Assembly: GCA_963848295.1 (NCBI GenBank)
Contig: CAWKDB010000010.1
Location: 3,328,001 to 3,392,000 of the forward strand
Reading direction: 5' to 3'
From: an uncultured delta proteobacterium
GTDB lineage: Bacteria; Myxococcota_A; Polyangia; Haliangiales; Haliangiaceae
DNA: 64,000 nucleotides
Positions 49,236 to 59,325 of the stretch are shown here, piece after piece. Below the pieces are notes generated by a model. It worked only from the letters and a program-made list of their open reading frames with translations, did not search any database and was not told where the DNA came from. The first letter of the stretch is position 1. Each line of letters opens with the position of its first letter. The position numbers and the translations under genes are program-made.

Positions 49236-50513
49236 TTACTGCTTGAGGTTCGTCGTGTCCTGCATCATCTGATCGGCGGTCGTGACGGTCTTCGAGTTCG
49301 CCTCGTACGCGCGCTGATACGCGATCAGCGTGACGAGCTCGTTGCCGAGGTCGACGTTGGACTGCTCGAGCGCACCTTGCGAGATCGAACCGCGGCCGCC
49401 GGTTCCGGCCGCGTCGACGAGCGCCTGGCCCGAGGTCGCGCTCTCGCTGTAGAGCTGGTCACCCTCACGGGTGAGACCCTGCTCGTTCGAGAACGTCGCG
49501 AGCGCGACCTGGGCGATGTCGATCGTCTGGCCGTTGTCGAACGTGCCGGTGACCTTGCCGTCACTCGAGATCGAGATGCCGGTGAGGTTGCCCGCCGAGT
49601 GGCCATCGATGTCGGTCGACGTAACCGTGGAGGTGCCGCTGTACTGCGTCGAGCCGGCCATGCCCGTGCCGCCGCTCGCGATGTCGTCGCCGAAGCTGAA
49701 GTTGATCGCCTGGTTCGGAGTCGCGCCCACGAAGCTCGCGCTCGACGACGTCGTCGATTGCGCGGCGAGTGCGCCGGTCGAGTTGAACGTCAGCGTGCCG
49801 GCCGCGATCTGAGTCGGCGTGCCCTTCGTGCCACCCGCGAGGTCACCGCCGTCGACCATCGCGTGCCAGGTCCAGCCGCGGGCGCCGTTCGAGTCGAAGT
49901 AGACGTTCGCCTGATGCGCCGTGCCGAGCGAGTCGTAGACGGTCTCGGACGTCGAGTAGTTCGACGAGGTCGCCGGGTTCGCCGGGTCGAACGTCATCGC
50001 CGTGGAGCCCGAGTCGAGGTTGACGGACATCTTCGCGTCGGTCGTCGCGACCGGCGGACTCTGGCGCGCGCCGAGCTGTAGGTTGCCGACCGTCTTCGAC
50101 ACCGCACCTGTCGGATCGATCGCGTAGCCCTGTAGCATCATCCCGTTCTGGTCGACGACGTTCCCCGAGCTGTCGAGCGAGAACTGCCCGTCGCGCGTGT
50201 AGAAGTTCCCGTTCTGACCGTCGTGCATGCCGTTGACGACGAACATGCCGTTGCCGCTGATCGCCATGTCCAGCGGGTTCCCGGTCTGTTCGAGCGCGCC
50301 TTGCGTCTCGATCGTCTCGGGCGCGAGCAGCGACGCACCACCGCCGAGGTTCTGACCGTCGAGCTGACCGCCGAGCATGTCGGCAAAGTCCGCGCGCTCG
50401 GACTTGAAGCCGATCGTCGACGCGTTCGCGATGTTGTCGCCGACGATGCTGATCGCATCGCTATGCGCGTCGAGGCCGCTGACGCCGATGTAGAGAGAGT
50501 TCGTGATGCTCAT
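49236..50513 (-). CDS. flgE: Hook protein FlgE
   Basis: GVSGL, GDNIANASTIGFK, YTRDGQF, VYDSLG, LEQSNVDL..EL. Confidence 0.95.
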   Translation of the reverse strand: MSITNSLYIGVSGLDAHSDAISIVGDNIANASTIGFKSERADFADMLGGQLDGQNLGGGASLLAPETIETQGALEQTGNPLDMAISGNGMFVVNGMHDGQNGNFYTRDGQFSLDSSGNVVDQNGMMLQGYAIDPTGAVSKTVGNLQLGARQSPPVATTDAKMSVNLDSGSTAMTFDPANPATSSNYSTSETVYDSLGTAHQANVYFDSNGARGWTWHAMVDGGDLAGGTKGTPTQIAAGTLTFNSTGALAAQSTTSSSASFVGATPNQAINFSFGDDIASGGTGMAGSTQYSGTSTVTSTDIDGHSAGNLTGISISSDGKVTGTFDNGQTIDIAQVALATFSNEQGLTREGDQLYSESATSGQALVDAAGTGGRGSISQGALEQSNVDLGNELVTLIAYQRAYEANSKTVTTADQMMQDTTNLKQ

Positions 50514-51241
50514 GTCGAGGCTCCTTGCAGCGCTTTGACCGCGGTGATCGCGGAGGTGGTGGCGGTGGTCGTCGAAGTAGTCGAGGAAATTGCATCGGGG
50601 GCGCCGATCATCGAGATCGAGCTCGGCGCGACGAGGAGGTCGCCCATCTGCAGCGAGCTACCGCTGGCGCTGAGCTGGACCGAGTCGATCCGGCCTTGCC
50701 ACTGCGCGGTGATCGCGGCGTTGTTCGCGCTCGTCACCGCGACGTGATAGCTGCCGGGTGGCACGACGTTGCCCGACGAGTCGCGGCCGTCCCATTGGAT
50801 CATCGCCGACGTCCCGTTCGGCACCGCGATCGTGCGGATCGTCTTGCCGCTCGAGTCGGTGATCGTGACCTGCGCGTCCTTGGTCGCGCTCGTCGAGGTG
50901 ATCGACAGTGGCGGCGGCGTGCCGGTGCCGCTGATCGTGAAGTCGCCAGCACTCGCGTTGCAGTTGCGCCCGACGAGGCTCGACAGCGACGCGTTCGAGC
51001 TCGACGTCTGCGCCGCCACCAAGCTCGACAGGTCGGTGTTCGCCGTCGCGCCTTGTTCGACCTGGGTGAACTGCGCGAGCTGCGCGACCATGTCGGAGTT
51101 GCTCTGGGGATCGAGCGGATCCTGGTTCTGCAGCTGCGACATGAACAGCTTGAGGAACTCGTCCTGCGTGCCCGCGAGCTCGTTTGCCGGCGCGGCGGGA
51201 GTGGACGTGTTTGACGATTGACTGATCGAGGTGACGGTCAT
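50510..51241 (-). CDS. flgD: Hook cap FlgD
   Basis: FLKLF..QLQNQDPLDP, QLAQF, WDGRD..G. Confidence 0.93.
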   Translation of the reverse strand: MTVTSISQSSNTSTPAAPANELAGTQDEFLKLFMSQLQNQDPLDPQSNSDMVAQLAQFTQVEQGATANTDLSSLVAAQTSSSNASLSSLVGRNCNASAGDFTISGTGTPPPLSITSTSATKDAQVTITDSSGKTIRTIAVPNGTSAMIQWDGRDSSGNVVPPGSYHVAVTSANNAAITAQWQGRIDSVQLSASGSSLQMGDLLVAPSSISMIGAPDAISSTTSTTTATTSAITAVKALQGAST

Positions 51242-52266
51242 GGCAGCTCCTCGAGCCGAAACGGCTCGCTCTGGTCGTCGCGACGCTTTGGGTCGCGCTC
51301 GGAATCGCGGTTGCTCTTGCTGTGGTCGTGATCTCGTTCGGCAGAGAAGCTCGACAGGTCGAGACCGCGGGCGCGCATCGCGTGCTCGAGCACGCCGGCG
51401 TTACGCGCGAGCGCCGCGGCGGTCAGCTCGTCGTTGCCGCGCACCGCGACGTTGACGTCGTTGCCGCGCACCGCGACGGTCACGACGACGCGATCGCTGT
51501 CGTCACCGAGCACGAGGTGGAGGTGGCTGGGGTTCGCGTTGGGCTCGGGCAGCTCGCGCATCTCGCGCACCGCCGCCGCCGGTGCCGCGGCCGGCGTGGC
51601 CCGAACGTCACGCGCCGGCGCGGCCTCGACCACGACCGCGGGATGCAGCGTCGGGCTCGCGCTCGTCACGTGCGGTAGCGCCGGCTCGCCGCCTTGGTGC
51701 GCGGGCTGGTCGCGCCGATCGTGCAGCTGCTCGAGCAGATCGTGCAGCGCCTGTTCGAGTGGGGTCAGCGCGGGTGCCGCCGGTTGCGCGTCGGTCTGCG
51801 CGATCGCAGCTTGCGCGATCGCGGCGAGCTCGGTCGGCGCCGGCTCGGCGTCGCCGGGACTCGGCGCCTCGGCCTTCGCGGCTGATGGTGGCGCCGGCGG
51901 GTCGTCGGTCGCCTGCGGCGCGGCTCGTGGATCGGCGGTCGCGACGGCAGCGGTCGGGGTAGGTGTCGCGCCGTTCACGATCGCGGCGAGCGCGCGGCCG
52001 AACGAGGCGGCGATCAGCGCCGACGCCGGCGAGGTCTGCGAGATCGGGACGAGCACGATCGGCTTGGGATCGACGGTGGGTGGAGGCGGCAGCGGCGCGA
52101 TGGTCGCCTCGTCGTGCGCGGGCTCGCCGGTGTTCTTTGCCTTGCGCGCGCGTTGCGTGGCGAGGTGATCGCCGAAGCTGTCGCCGTGCTCGTCGTCGCT
52201 CGCGCGCGCGGTGCGCGGTTCGCTCGCGTCCGGCTCCTGGTGGATCGCACCGGTCGCTATTCTCAT
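51238..52266 (-). CDS. fliK: Hook-length control protein FliK-like
   Basis: Pro/Ala-rich disordered body, compact C-domain (V.V.V.G..V.V...L...L..AMRARGL); between fliJ and flgD. Confidence 0.65.
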   Translation of the reverse strand: MRIATGAIHQEPDASEPRTARASDDEHGDSFGDHLATQRARKAKNTGEPAHDEATIAPLPPPPTVDPKPIVLVPISQTSPASALIAASFGRALAAIVNGATPTPTAAVATADPRAAPQATDDPPAPPSAAKAEAPSPGDAEPAPTELAAIAQAAIAQTDAQPAAPALTPLEQALHDLLEQLHDRRDQPAHQGGEPALPHVTSASPTLHPAVVVEAAPARDVRATPAAAPAAAVREMRELPEPNANPSHLHLVLGDDSDRVVVTVAVRGNDVNVAVRGNDELTAAALARNAGVLEHAMRARGLDLSSFSAERDHDHSKSNRDSERDPKRRDDQSEPFRLEELP

Positions 52267-52697
52267 CGGCGGCTCCCGGCCATGTCGTCATGCGAGCGTT
52301 GCTCGTCGCGGTTATCGCGGTCGGCGCGATCGCGATCGACGAGATCGATCACGCGTTCGGCCGACTTGAGCTGGCGAGTCCGTTCGCGCAGCTTCGAGGC
52401 CGCCTCGGCGACGTGGGCGTCGGCGTCGGCGTGGCTGCGCTGCGCGTCGGCGATCGCCCGGTGATGCGACGTGATGTGCTCGGCGACCCACGACAGGTCG
52501 TGAACGGTGCGAGCCGACGCGAGCGCGGCGGGAGCGGTGTCGAGATACGCGCTGAGCCGATCGTGCTCGCTCGCGAGCTCCTCGGCGGCGCGTTCGCGCT
52601 CGGTGGCGGCGGCGCTGTGGTCGGCGGCGGCGGCATCGCGCATCCGCTCGCGCGCATCGCGGACCGCACGGGCGACGCGACGGTTGATCGTCATCAT
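52263..52697 (-). CDS. fliJ: Export chaperone FliJ
   Basis: 144-aa coiled coil directly after fliI, EQR..DD near the end. Confidence 0.7.
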   Translation of the reverse strand: MMTINRRVARAVRDARERMRDAAAADHSAAATERERAAEELASEHDRLSAYLDTAPAALASARTVHDLSWVAEHITSHHRAIADAQRSHADADAHVAEAASKLRERTRQLKSAERVIDLVDRDRADRDNRDEQRSHDDMAGSRR

Positions 52698-53995
52698 GAA
52701 AGCTCCTCGCCGATCGCGCCCGCGAGGCCGCGAACCGTCTCGTCGTAGGTCGCCGGCTCGTAAGGGGCTTGCCGCGCCCAGGCGTCGACCCGATCACCGA
52801 TCGCGAGCGCGAGGTCGAGCGCGGGGCTCGCTCCGGCGGTATACGCGCCGAGCGCTTGGAGCTCGACCGCTTGGCGACGGCGCGACAGATGCTCGCGCGT
52901 CTTGCCGGCGAGCCGGGTCATCGCCGGTTTCGCGACCCGGCGCGCGACGCGCGACGCGCTTGCGAGCACGTCGACCGCGGGAAACTGGCCGCGGCCCGCG
53001 AGGTCGCGAGACAGCACGATGTGAGCGTCGAGCAGCGAGCGCGCCGCGTCGGCGACCGGGTCGCTGAGGTCGTCGCCCTCGACGAGCACGGTGTAGAACG
53101 CGGTGATCGAGCCACCGGCCGCGCGCGGCGAGACCCGCTCGAGCAGGCGGGGCAGCGTCGCGAACACGCTCGGCGGATAGCCCTTCGTCGCGGGCGGCTC
53201 GCCGAGGGCGAGGCCGAGCTCGCGCAGCGCCATCGCAAACCGGGTCAGCGAATCGAGCACGAGCAACACGTTCTTGCCGCGATCGCGGAAATACTCGGCG
53301 ATCGCGCTCGCGGCGAGCGCGCCGCGGATGCGTTCGAGCGGCGAGCGATCGGCGGTCGCCGCGACCATCACCATCTTGTCGCGGCGCGAGCTCGACAACA
53401 GCTCGCGGACCTCGCGGCCGCGTTCGCCGACGAGCCCGACCACGATGACATCGGCATCGGCTTGGCTCGCGATCTGTTCCACGAGCACGCTCTTGCCGCA
53501 GCCGGCGCCGGCGAAGATGCCGACGCGCTGGCCGCGACCGCACGTCAACAGGCCGTCGATGACGCGTACGCCCGTGTCGAACCGAGTCTCGACCTCGCCG
53601 CGTTGATCGACCGGCAGTGCGAGGCCGTCGAGCGCGATGCGATGCGCGCAGCGTGGCGCCGGCTTGCCATCGAGCGGGACGCCGAACGGATCGACGAGCC
53701 GGCCGATCAGCGCATCGCCGACCGGGATCGTGGCGAGCGCTCCTCTCGCCCGAGCCGCGGCGCCCGGCGCGATCCGGCGCGACGCGGTCAGCGGCAGCGC
53801 GAGCAAGCCATCGCCGCGAAACCCGACGACCTCGCACGGCACCGGTCCACCGGTCGCGTCGATCTCGAGCACGTTGCCGATCTCGACGCCGGTCATCTCG
53901 ACCTTCACGATCGTGCCGGCGACCTCGACGACCCGGCCGAGTGGGCGCGGCGTCGACCAGCCGGTCACGAGCGTGCGCATGGTCTCGGCGATCAT
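52694..53995 (-). CDS. fliI: Export ATPase FliI
   Basis: GQRVGIFAGAGCGKS, GERGREV, DSLTRFAMA.RE, GEPP.TKGYPPS. Confidence 0.95.
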   Translation of the reverse strand: MIAETMRTLVTGWSTPRPLGRVVEVAGTIVKVEMTGVEIGNVLEIDATGGPVPCEVVGFRGDGLLALPLTASRRIAPGAAARARGALATIPVGDALIGRLVDPFGVPLDGKPAPRCAHRIALDGLALPVDQRGEVETRFDTGVRVIDGLLTCGRGQRVGIFAGAGCGKSVLVEQIASQADADVIVVGLVGERGREVRELLSSSRRDKMVMVAATADRSPLERIRGALAASAIAEYFRDRGKNVLLVLDSLTRFAMALRELGLALGEPPATKGYPPSVFATLPRLLERVSPRAAGGSITAFYTVLVEGDDLSDPVADAARSLLDAHIVLSRDLAGRGQFPAVDVLASASRVARRVAKPAMTRLAGKTREHLSRRRQAVELQALGAYTAGASPALDLALAIGDRVDAWARQAPYEPATYDETVRGLAGAIGEELS

Positions 53996-54609
53996 CGGTC
54001 GGCTCCATCGGCCGCGGTCGCGATCGCTTGGCGCAGCTCGGCGAGCCGCGCGGTCCAGTCGTGATCGATCTCGAGGCCGGCATTCCCGATGCGCAGCGAA
54101 TTCGCCGCGATCGCCGGGTCGGGCTCGACCGAGATCAGTGCGTCGCCCACCGCTGCGCGCAGCGCGTCGGCGTCCGCAGGGTTGCACTTCGCGATCGCAC
54201 CGGCACCATCGCCCGTGCGTTGCAGCCAACCGCGGATGACCGGCAGGAATCGATCCTTGGGCTCGAGCTCGCTATCGAGCCACGTCTCGATCACCGCGAT
54301 CGCCGCGTCGGCGATCAGCTCCGACGCCTTGCCGGTGTTCGCGCTGCGTTGGCGGTCGAGCGCTTCGATCGCCGCGGCGAGCTTCTTGCGGAGCTCTTCG
54401 GTCTCGCGCGTGCCTTGCGCGCGACCTTCTTCGATCGCGGTCGCCCGGAGCTGCTCGAGCTCGCGCAGCGTCGCGGGATCTTGGCCGAGCGCCGGGTACG
54501 GGCCCCACGGCGAGGTCGCGACCGCACCGCGTTGCGCGGGCAGCGTCGCGCCGAGCGAGCGCGTCGGCGACGCGAGCGCGGTCAGCCACGGCTGGATGTC
54601 GTCGCTCAC
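53992..54609 (-). CDS. fliH: FliH
   Basis: A.EEGRAQG, NPAD, DP.I; between fliG and fliI. Confidence 0.75.
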   Translation of the reverse strand: MSDDIQPWLTALASPTRSLGATLPAQRGAVATSPWGPYPALGQDPATLRELEQLRATAIEEGRAQGTRETEELRKKLAAAIEALDRQRSANTGKASELIADAAIAVIETWLDSELEPKDRFLPVIRGWLQRTGDGAGAIAKCNPADADALRAAVGDALISVEPDPAIAANSLRIGNAGLEIDHDWTARLAELRQAIATAADGADR

Positions 54610-55613
54610 TCTTCACCTCGCGCCGGCATCGTCAGCTTGCCTTCGCTCGCGAGTCGCATCGCGGCTTCGACGACCTCGCGCTGCGCGGTCTCGACCTCGG
54701 ACAGCCGCTTGGGCGCAGCCGCAGAGAGGTCGTCGCGCAACGTGCTCGCCGCGCGTTGCGACAGCGACGACAAGAAGTGGTCCTTGAGCTCGGGCGTCGC
54801 GGTCTGCAACGCGGTGACGAGGGTCTCGCTCTGGACCGCGCGCAGGAGGTTCGCCACTTCGCGCGTCGCGATCCGCGTCAAGTCATCGAACGTGAACATC
54901 GCTTCGCGGATGCGGGTCGCGGTCTGTTCGTCCTTCGCCGCGATCTCGCCGAGCAGGCTGTCGCCGGCCTCACTCGCCATCTCGTTGACGATCGACGCGC
55001 TGAACGCGAGCCCGTCGAATTCGGCGCGCGCGTCCGACGATGCCAGGCCGCCCGCGGCCTCGAGCGCGCGGACCAAGCTCTCCGACGCCTCGGCGACCGC
55101 ATGCTCCGGAATCTCTTCGAGCTCCGAGACGCGGGTCGCGAGCTCCGCCGCGATCTCTTGCGGCATGAGCGCGAGCACTTTCGCGGCGAGTCGCGCCGAC
55201 AGTTGGGTCAACACGACCGCGGCGACTTGCGGATGCTCCTCGGCGAGCAGCTGGGCGAGCGTGTTCGTCCGCGCGGTGCGCAGCAATTGCAGCGGTTCGT
55301 GGTTCGGCGCTTGGAGGCCGAGCATCTTCTGCGCGCGGTCGGTGCCGAGCGCCTTGTTCGCGAGCTTGCGCATGTAGGCGGTGCCGCCGGTCTTCGCGAG
55401 CGCGAAGGGATCGATGAGGCCGCGCTCGAGATCCTCGAGCACGCCGACGATGACCTCGCTGCCGATCTCGCCGAGGTCCTCGACTGCTTCGACGAGCACG
55501 CGGATATCTTTCTCCGCCATCTTGCCGAGGACGAGCGCGGCGGCTTCTTCGTCGAGCGACAGCAAGGCGATCGCCGCACGGCGCTGACCAGACATCGCTG
55601 CTTGGGGGTTCAC
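54606..55613 (-). CDS. fliG: Rotor protein FliG
   Basis: RAAI.LLSL, GG..Y, EHPQ, MFTFDDL, SQRAA, SEVETAQ. Confidence 0.93.
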   Translation of the reverse strand: MNPQAAMSGQRRAAIALLSLDEEAAALVLGKMAEKDIRVLVEAVEDLGEIGSEVIVGVLEDLERGLIDPFALAKTGGTAYMRKLANKALGTDRAQKMLGLQAPNHEPLQLLRTARTNTLAQLLAEEHPQVAAVVLTQLSARLAAKVLALMPQEIAAELATRVSELEEIPEHAVAEASESLVRALEAAGGLASSDARAEFDGLAFSASIVNEMASEAGDSLLGEIAAKDEQTATRIREAMFTFDDLTRIATREVANLLRAVQSETLVTALQTATPELKDHFLSSLSQRAASTLRDDLSAAAPKRLSEVETAQREVVEAAMRLASEGKLTMPARGEE

Positions 55614-57217
55614 TTGGCTCCCTTGGCTGCCGGCACGGGCTCGTGGAGCCACGCGGTCAGCACGCTCGCGGCGCGCGCGGCGTCACCGCGCACCGATTGA
55701 ACGACGCGATCGTGAACCGACGAGCCCGGTGGCAGGCCGGGCGGAGGCGAATCGAGCGACGGACCCTGATCGAGCACGCGCTCGAAGGCGGCGACCGGCG
55801 CGGGCAGCGCGAGCGGCGAGCTGCCGAGCTGCGCGAGTTGCCGCTGCTTCTTGCCGCGGCGGGCGAGCACGACGACGAGCGTGATCATGACGAGCAACGC
55901 TGCGCCGCCGCCGATCGCGAGTGGAATCAGCGGCAGCTCGGCCTTGGCCGGCGGCTGGTTCGCAGCGGCCGCCTCGGCAACCGCTTCCGCATCTTCGACA
56001 AACGGAATCGAGTGCAGCTCGATCTTGTCGCCGCGCGTGTCGTCGATGCCCGCGGCCTGGCGCGCGACCGCGGTGAGCTCGGCGAGCTCCTGCTCGGTGC
56101 GCGGGACGGGCTTGCCCTTCGCGTCGGTCTTGTAATCGACCACGACCGCGACGTGCAGGCGTTGTAGCTGCGCTTCCGGCGTCAGCGTCTGCCGCACGGT
56201 GTGCGTGACCTCGTAGTTCTTCGTCTCCTGCAGCCGCCCGTTCGGCGTACCGGGGGTCGTCGTGGCACCGGGAGCGCCCGGGAGGTTGCCGCGCGAGCCG
56301 GCGATGCCGCCGACCGACGAGCCCGCGTTGCCCATCGCATCGACGCCTTCGAGCGTGCGCGACTCGCTCCGCACCGCGGTGTGGTCCTTGTCGTAGACGT
56401 CCTCGGTCTCGCTGATCTTGCGCTCGTCGACATCGGCGGTCGCGACGACCGACACCTTGCCCGGGCCGACGACGCGTTCGAGCATCGTCCGCACGCGAGT
56501 CGTCACGTCGTGCTCGAGCTGGGCCTTGTGATCGATGCCGTTCGCGTCGTTCGAGTCGAGCAGGTTGCCGTGGTTGTCGACGATCACGACCGCGTCGGGC
56601 TTGAGGCCTTCGACACTCGCCGCGACGAGCTCGCGCACGCCGCGCACTTGCGACGCGGTCAGGACCTGACCGGCATGGAGGTGCAGCGCGACCGATGCCG
56701 ACGGCGCCTCGTCTTGTTCCTTGAACACCGAGCGCCGACCGAGCGCGAGATGCACGCGCGCGCCATCGACCTGAGCGAGCGCGGTGATCGAGCGAGACAG
56801 CTCGCCTTGCAGCGCGCGACGGAAGTTGACCTGCTCGGCGAAGCTCGACTGACCGAGGTTGTTGCCATCGAACAGCTCGAAGCCTTTGCCTGCGTGGGGC
56901 AGGCCCGAGCTCGCGGCGGCGGCGCGCGCTTCGTCGGCGCGATCGTCCGGGACTTCGACCTTGCCTTCGTGGAGGCGCGCTGGGATGTTGCGGCTCTGCA
57001 GCATCGCGTACATCTCTTGCGAGTCGTCGGGCGAGGCGCCATCGGCGACCGCGACCCAGGTGTCGTTGTGGTGCGCGAGCGTCGTGTAACCGACCCAGCC
57101 GATCACGCCGAGCACGACCGCGAACGCCGCGGTCTTGCGGCGCTTGCTCTGCCGCGCCCACAGGTCGCGCAGCTGCGCGAGCATGGCGACCAGACTTTGT
57201 GGAGAGGCGTCGGCCAT
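55610..57217 (-). CDS. fliF: MS-ring protein FliF
   Basis: GFELFD, RALQGELSRSI, ARVHL, V.IVD..G.LL, NYEV, two TM segments. Confidence 0.95.
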   Translation of the reverse strand: MADASPQSLVAMLAQLRDLWARQSKRRKTAAFAVVLGVIGWVGYTTLAHHNDTWVAVADGASPDDSQEMYAMLQSRNIPARLHEGKVEVPDDRADEARAAAASSGLPHAGKGFELFDGNNLGQSSFAEQVNFRRALQGELSRSITALAQVDGARVHLALGRRSVFKEQDEAPSASVALHLHAGQVLTASQVRGVRELVAASVEGLKPDAVVIVDNHGNLLDSNDANGIDHKAQLEHDVTTRVRTMLERVVGPGKVSVVATADVDERKISETEDVYDKDHTAVRSESRTLEGVDAMGNAGSSVGGIAGSRGNLPGAPGATTTPGTPNGRLQETKNYEVTHTVRQTLTPEAQLQRLHVAVVVDYKTDAKGKPVPRTEQELAELTAVARQAAGIDDTRGDKIELHSIPFVEDAEAVAEAAAANQPPAKAELPLIPLAIGGGAALLVMITLVVVLARRGKKQRQLAQLGSSPLALPAPVAAFERVLDQGPSLDSPPPGLPPGSSVHDRVVQSVRGDAARAASVLTAWLHEPVPAAKGAK

Positions 57218-57220
57218 GGC

Positions 57221-57562
57221 TTACACCTGGGTGTTCATCAGATCGCGGTACGCTTCGAGCGCCTTGTTCTTGAGCGTCGTCGCGTAGCGCACGGCGATGT
57301 TCGCCTTCTCGGTCGCGATCATGACCTCGTGGATGCCCATCGACGGATCGCCAGCCGCGAACTTCTCGGCCGCGTCGGTCGCCTTGTGATCGAGCTCGCG
57401 CGCGTCGCTCAGCGCCTTGCCGAACGACGACGCGAGGTCCTCGGCGTTCACCTGCGGGGTCTGCTGCGTCGCGTCGGTCGTCGAGCCGGTCTTCTTCAGC
57501 TCGGTGGTCACGAGCTGGTCGAGCATCGGCGCTTGCGGCAGGTTGATCGGGGCGATCGCCAT
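57221..57562 (-). CDS. fliE: FliE
   Basis: IHEVMIA.EKA, NK.LEAY.DLMN. Confidence 0.92.
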   Translation of the reverse strand: MAIAPINLPQAPMLDQLVTTELKKTGSTTDATQQTPQVNAEDLASSFGKALSDARELDHKATDAAEKFAAGDPSMGIHEVMIATEKANIAVRYATTLKNKALEAYRDLMNTQV

Positions 57563-57565
57563 GGC

Positions 57566-57991
57566 TTACTTCCCGATGCCGAGCGCGCTTTGCGCCATGT
57601 TGACCGCGGTCGACATCGACGTGATGCCGGCCTCGTAGGCGCGCGACGCGGTGATCATGTCGACCATCTCCTCGACCGGATTGATGTTGGGATACGCGAC
57701 GTAGCCCTGCGCGTTCGCTTGCGGGTGGCCGGGATCGTATTCCATGCGCGGCGGCGACGGGTCCTGCGCGATCGAGCTGACCGAGACGCCGCGCACCGAC
57801 TGCTGGAACGGCGTGCCTTGCGTGCCCGGGACGTCGACCGCCGACAACACGACATCGCGCCGCTTGTACGGTCCGCCGCCGTCGGCTTGCGTCGTCTGCG
57901 CGTTCGCGAGGTTCGACGCGGCGACGTTCATCCGGGTGCGCTCGGCCGACAAGCCGGACGCGGACACTTCCATGGCGGTGAAGAAATCCAT
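57566..57991 (-). CDS. flgC: Rod protein FlgC
   Basis: SASGLSAERTRMNV.ASNLANA, PYKR, YDPGHP.A, PNIN.VEEM. Confidence 0.95.
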   Translation of the reverse strand: MDFFTAMEVSASGLSAERTRMNVAASNLANAQTTQADGGGPYKRRDVVLSAVDVPGTQGTPFQQSVRGVSVSSIAQDPSPPRMEYDPGHPQANAQGYVAYPNINPVEEMVDMITASRAYEAGITSMSTAVNMAQSALGIGK

Positions 57992-57999
57992 CGTCGACC

Positions 58000-58380
58000 T
58001 CAGGTGCCGTCCCCGGCGCAATACCGGAGCAAAGCGATGCGGCGCGAGACCAGCTCGGCCGACGTCGAGTAGCGGACGCGGTTCGCATCGATCTTCGCCA
58101 TCTCGCGCTCGAGCGAGACCGCGTTGCCGTCGGGGCTCGACAGCTTGCCGCCGTCGTCGAACGTCGTGACGTAGTCGCCGTCCTCGGCGCCGCTGTCGAT
58201 CTGGTTCGGGTTCGTGATCGCCATGCTCGTGCCGTCGGCCGCGGGCTTGCGCTCGAGGTCGAGAGGGCGATATCCAGGCGTATCGATATTCGCGATGTTG
58301 CCGGCGAGCACCGTGTGCCGCTCGCGGTGGAACGACAGCGCCGCCCCGAGCTTGTCGATGGTGGAAAAATCGGCGGGCAC
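58000..58380 (-). CDS. flgB: Rod protein FlgB
   Basis: VLAGNIANIDTPGYRP.D, DGNAVSLEREM. Confidence 0.93.
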   Translation of the reverse strand: MPADFSTIDKLGAALSFHRERHTVLAGNIANIDTPGYRPLDLERKPAADGTSMAITNPNQIDSGAEDGDYVTTFDDGGKLSSPDGNAVSLEREMAKIDANRVRYSTSAELVSRRIALLRYCAGDGT

Positions 58381-58392
58381 GCTCCCGGTCTC

Positions 58393-58408
58393 AGCAAGTC
58401 GCGGGCCG
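58393..58408 (-). promoter_or_regulatory. sigma54 promoter of flgB operon
   Basis: CGGCCC-GCGAC-TTGCT; -12 C is 14 nt before GTG 58380. Confidence 0.72.
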
Positions 58409-58484
58409 ATCGCGATCCGAAATGCTGCGCGGTGTTGCGGGATCGGCGGATCGCTGACGTCGGCGGGGTTGACGGCGGGTCGCG

Positions 58485-59312
58485 GTGGTCGATTCAGCTT
58501 CCGTGGCTGACCAGATCTCGCAGGCGGTGTTCGGGCTGCTGTTCGAGAACACCTCGGAGGCGCTGTTCATCGTCGACCGCACGACCGGTCGTGTCGTGTC
58601 GGCCAATGTGCGCATGAGTGAGATGCTCGCGCGCGAGCCGAGAGAGCTCGTCGGTTCGACCGTGGAGCAGCTCCAGCACGAGGCGATGCGCGACGTGTCG
58701 CTGCCCGGCCATTACGAAGACGTCGAGCTCGCGCGCAGCGATGGCTACCCGGTGTTCGTCACGCTCAACGTCGCCCACGTCGACCATCCCGCGCACGGTG
58801 CGCTCGCGGCTTATGTCGCGCGCGACACGACCGAGCGTCGCTTGCTCGAGCAAGAGCTCCTCGCGAAACACTCGGCGCTGTTCGCGGCGTACGCCGACCT
58901 CGAACGCGCGTACGAGCAACTGCATACGACGAAGCAGGAGCTCGAGGATCGCAACCGCGAGATCGCGCTGCTGGCGTGGCGGGCCGCGGTCGGCGAGCTC
59001 GTCGCCGGGATCGCGCATCACCTCAACAACCCGGTCGGCGCGCTGTCGAGCACGCTGCGCCGGATGGCGCTCGTCGCCGCCGGCGGGCCGAAGATCGACC
59101 CGAGTCGAGCGGGGCCCGAGCTCGAACGACTGGTGGTGCGCGCCACGCAGATCGCGACGCGGATCGAGTCGAACGTGAACGCGATCGTCAAGGCGAGTCG
59201 CTCGGCCACCGCGGCCGGCTCGCAGCGCCTGGAACTGCCTCCGGAGCTGTCGTCGGTGCTGTCGACGTTCTCGGAACGACTCGACGACATCCCCACGAAG
59301 GACCCCTCGTAA
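58485..59312 (+). CDS. PAS domain plus HisKA phospho-acceptor, lacking an ATPase domain
   Basis: LFENTSEA..IVD, RDTTERR, coiled coil, GELVAGIAHHLNNP; no N/G1/F/G2 boxes before the stop. Confidence 0.78.
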   Translation: MVDSASVADQISQAVFGLLFENTSEALFIVDRTTGRVVSANVRMSEMLAREPRELVGSTVEQLQHEAMRDVSLPGHYEDVELARSDGYPVFVTLNVAHVDHPAHGALAAYVARDTTERRLLEQELLAKHSALFAAYADLERAYEQLHTTKQELEDRNREIALLAWRAAVGELVAGIAHHLNNPVGALSSTLRRMALVAAGGPKIDPSRAGPELERLVVRATQIATRIESNVNAIVKASRSATAAGSQRLELPPELSSVLSTFSERLDDIPTKDPS

Positions 59313-59325
59313 TGTTGAGCAAATC

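Noticed and set aside
41897..58380. Export genes as a non-flagellar injectisome
   Set aside because: Rod, hook, ring, filament and stator genes are all present, so the system is flagellar.
59085..59125. KIDPSRAGPE segment in the PAS-HisKA gene as another element copy
   Set aside because: No nucleotide similarity beyond ATCGAC.
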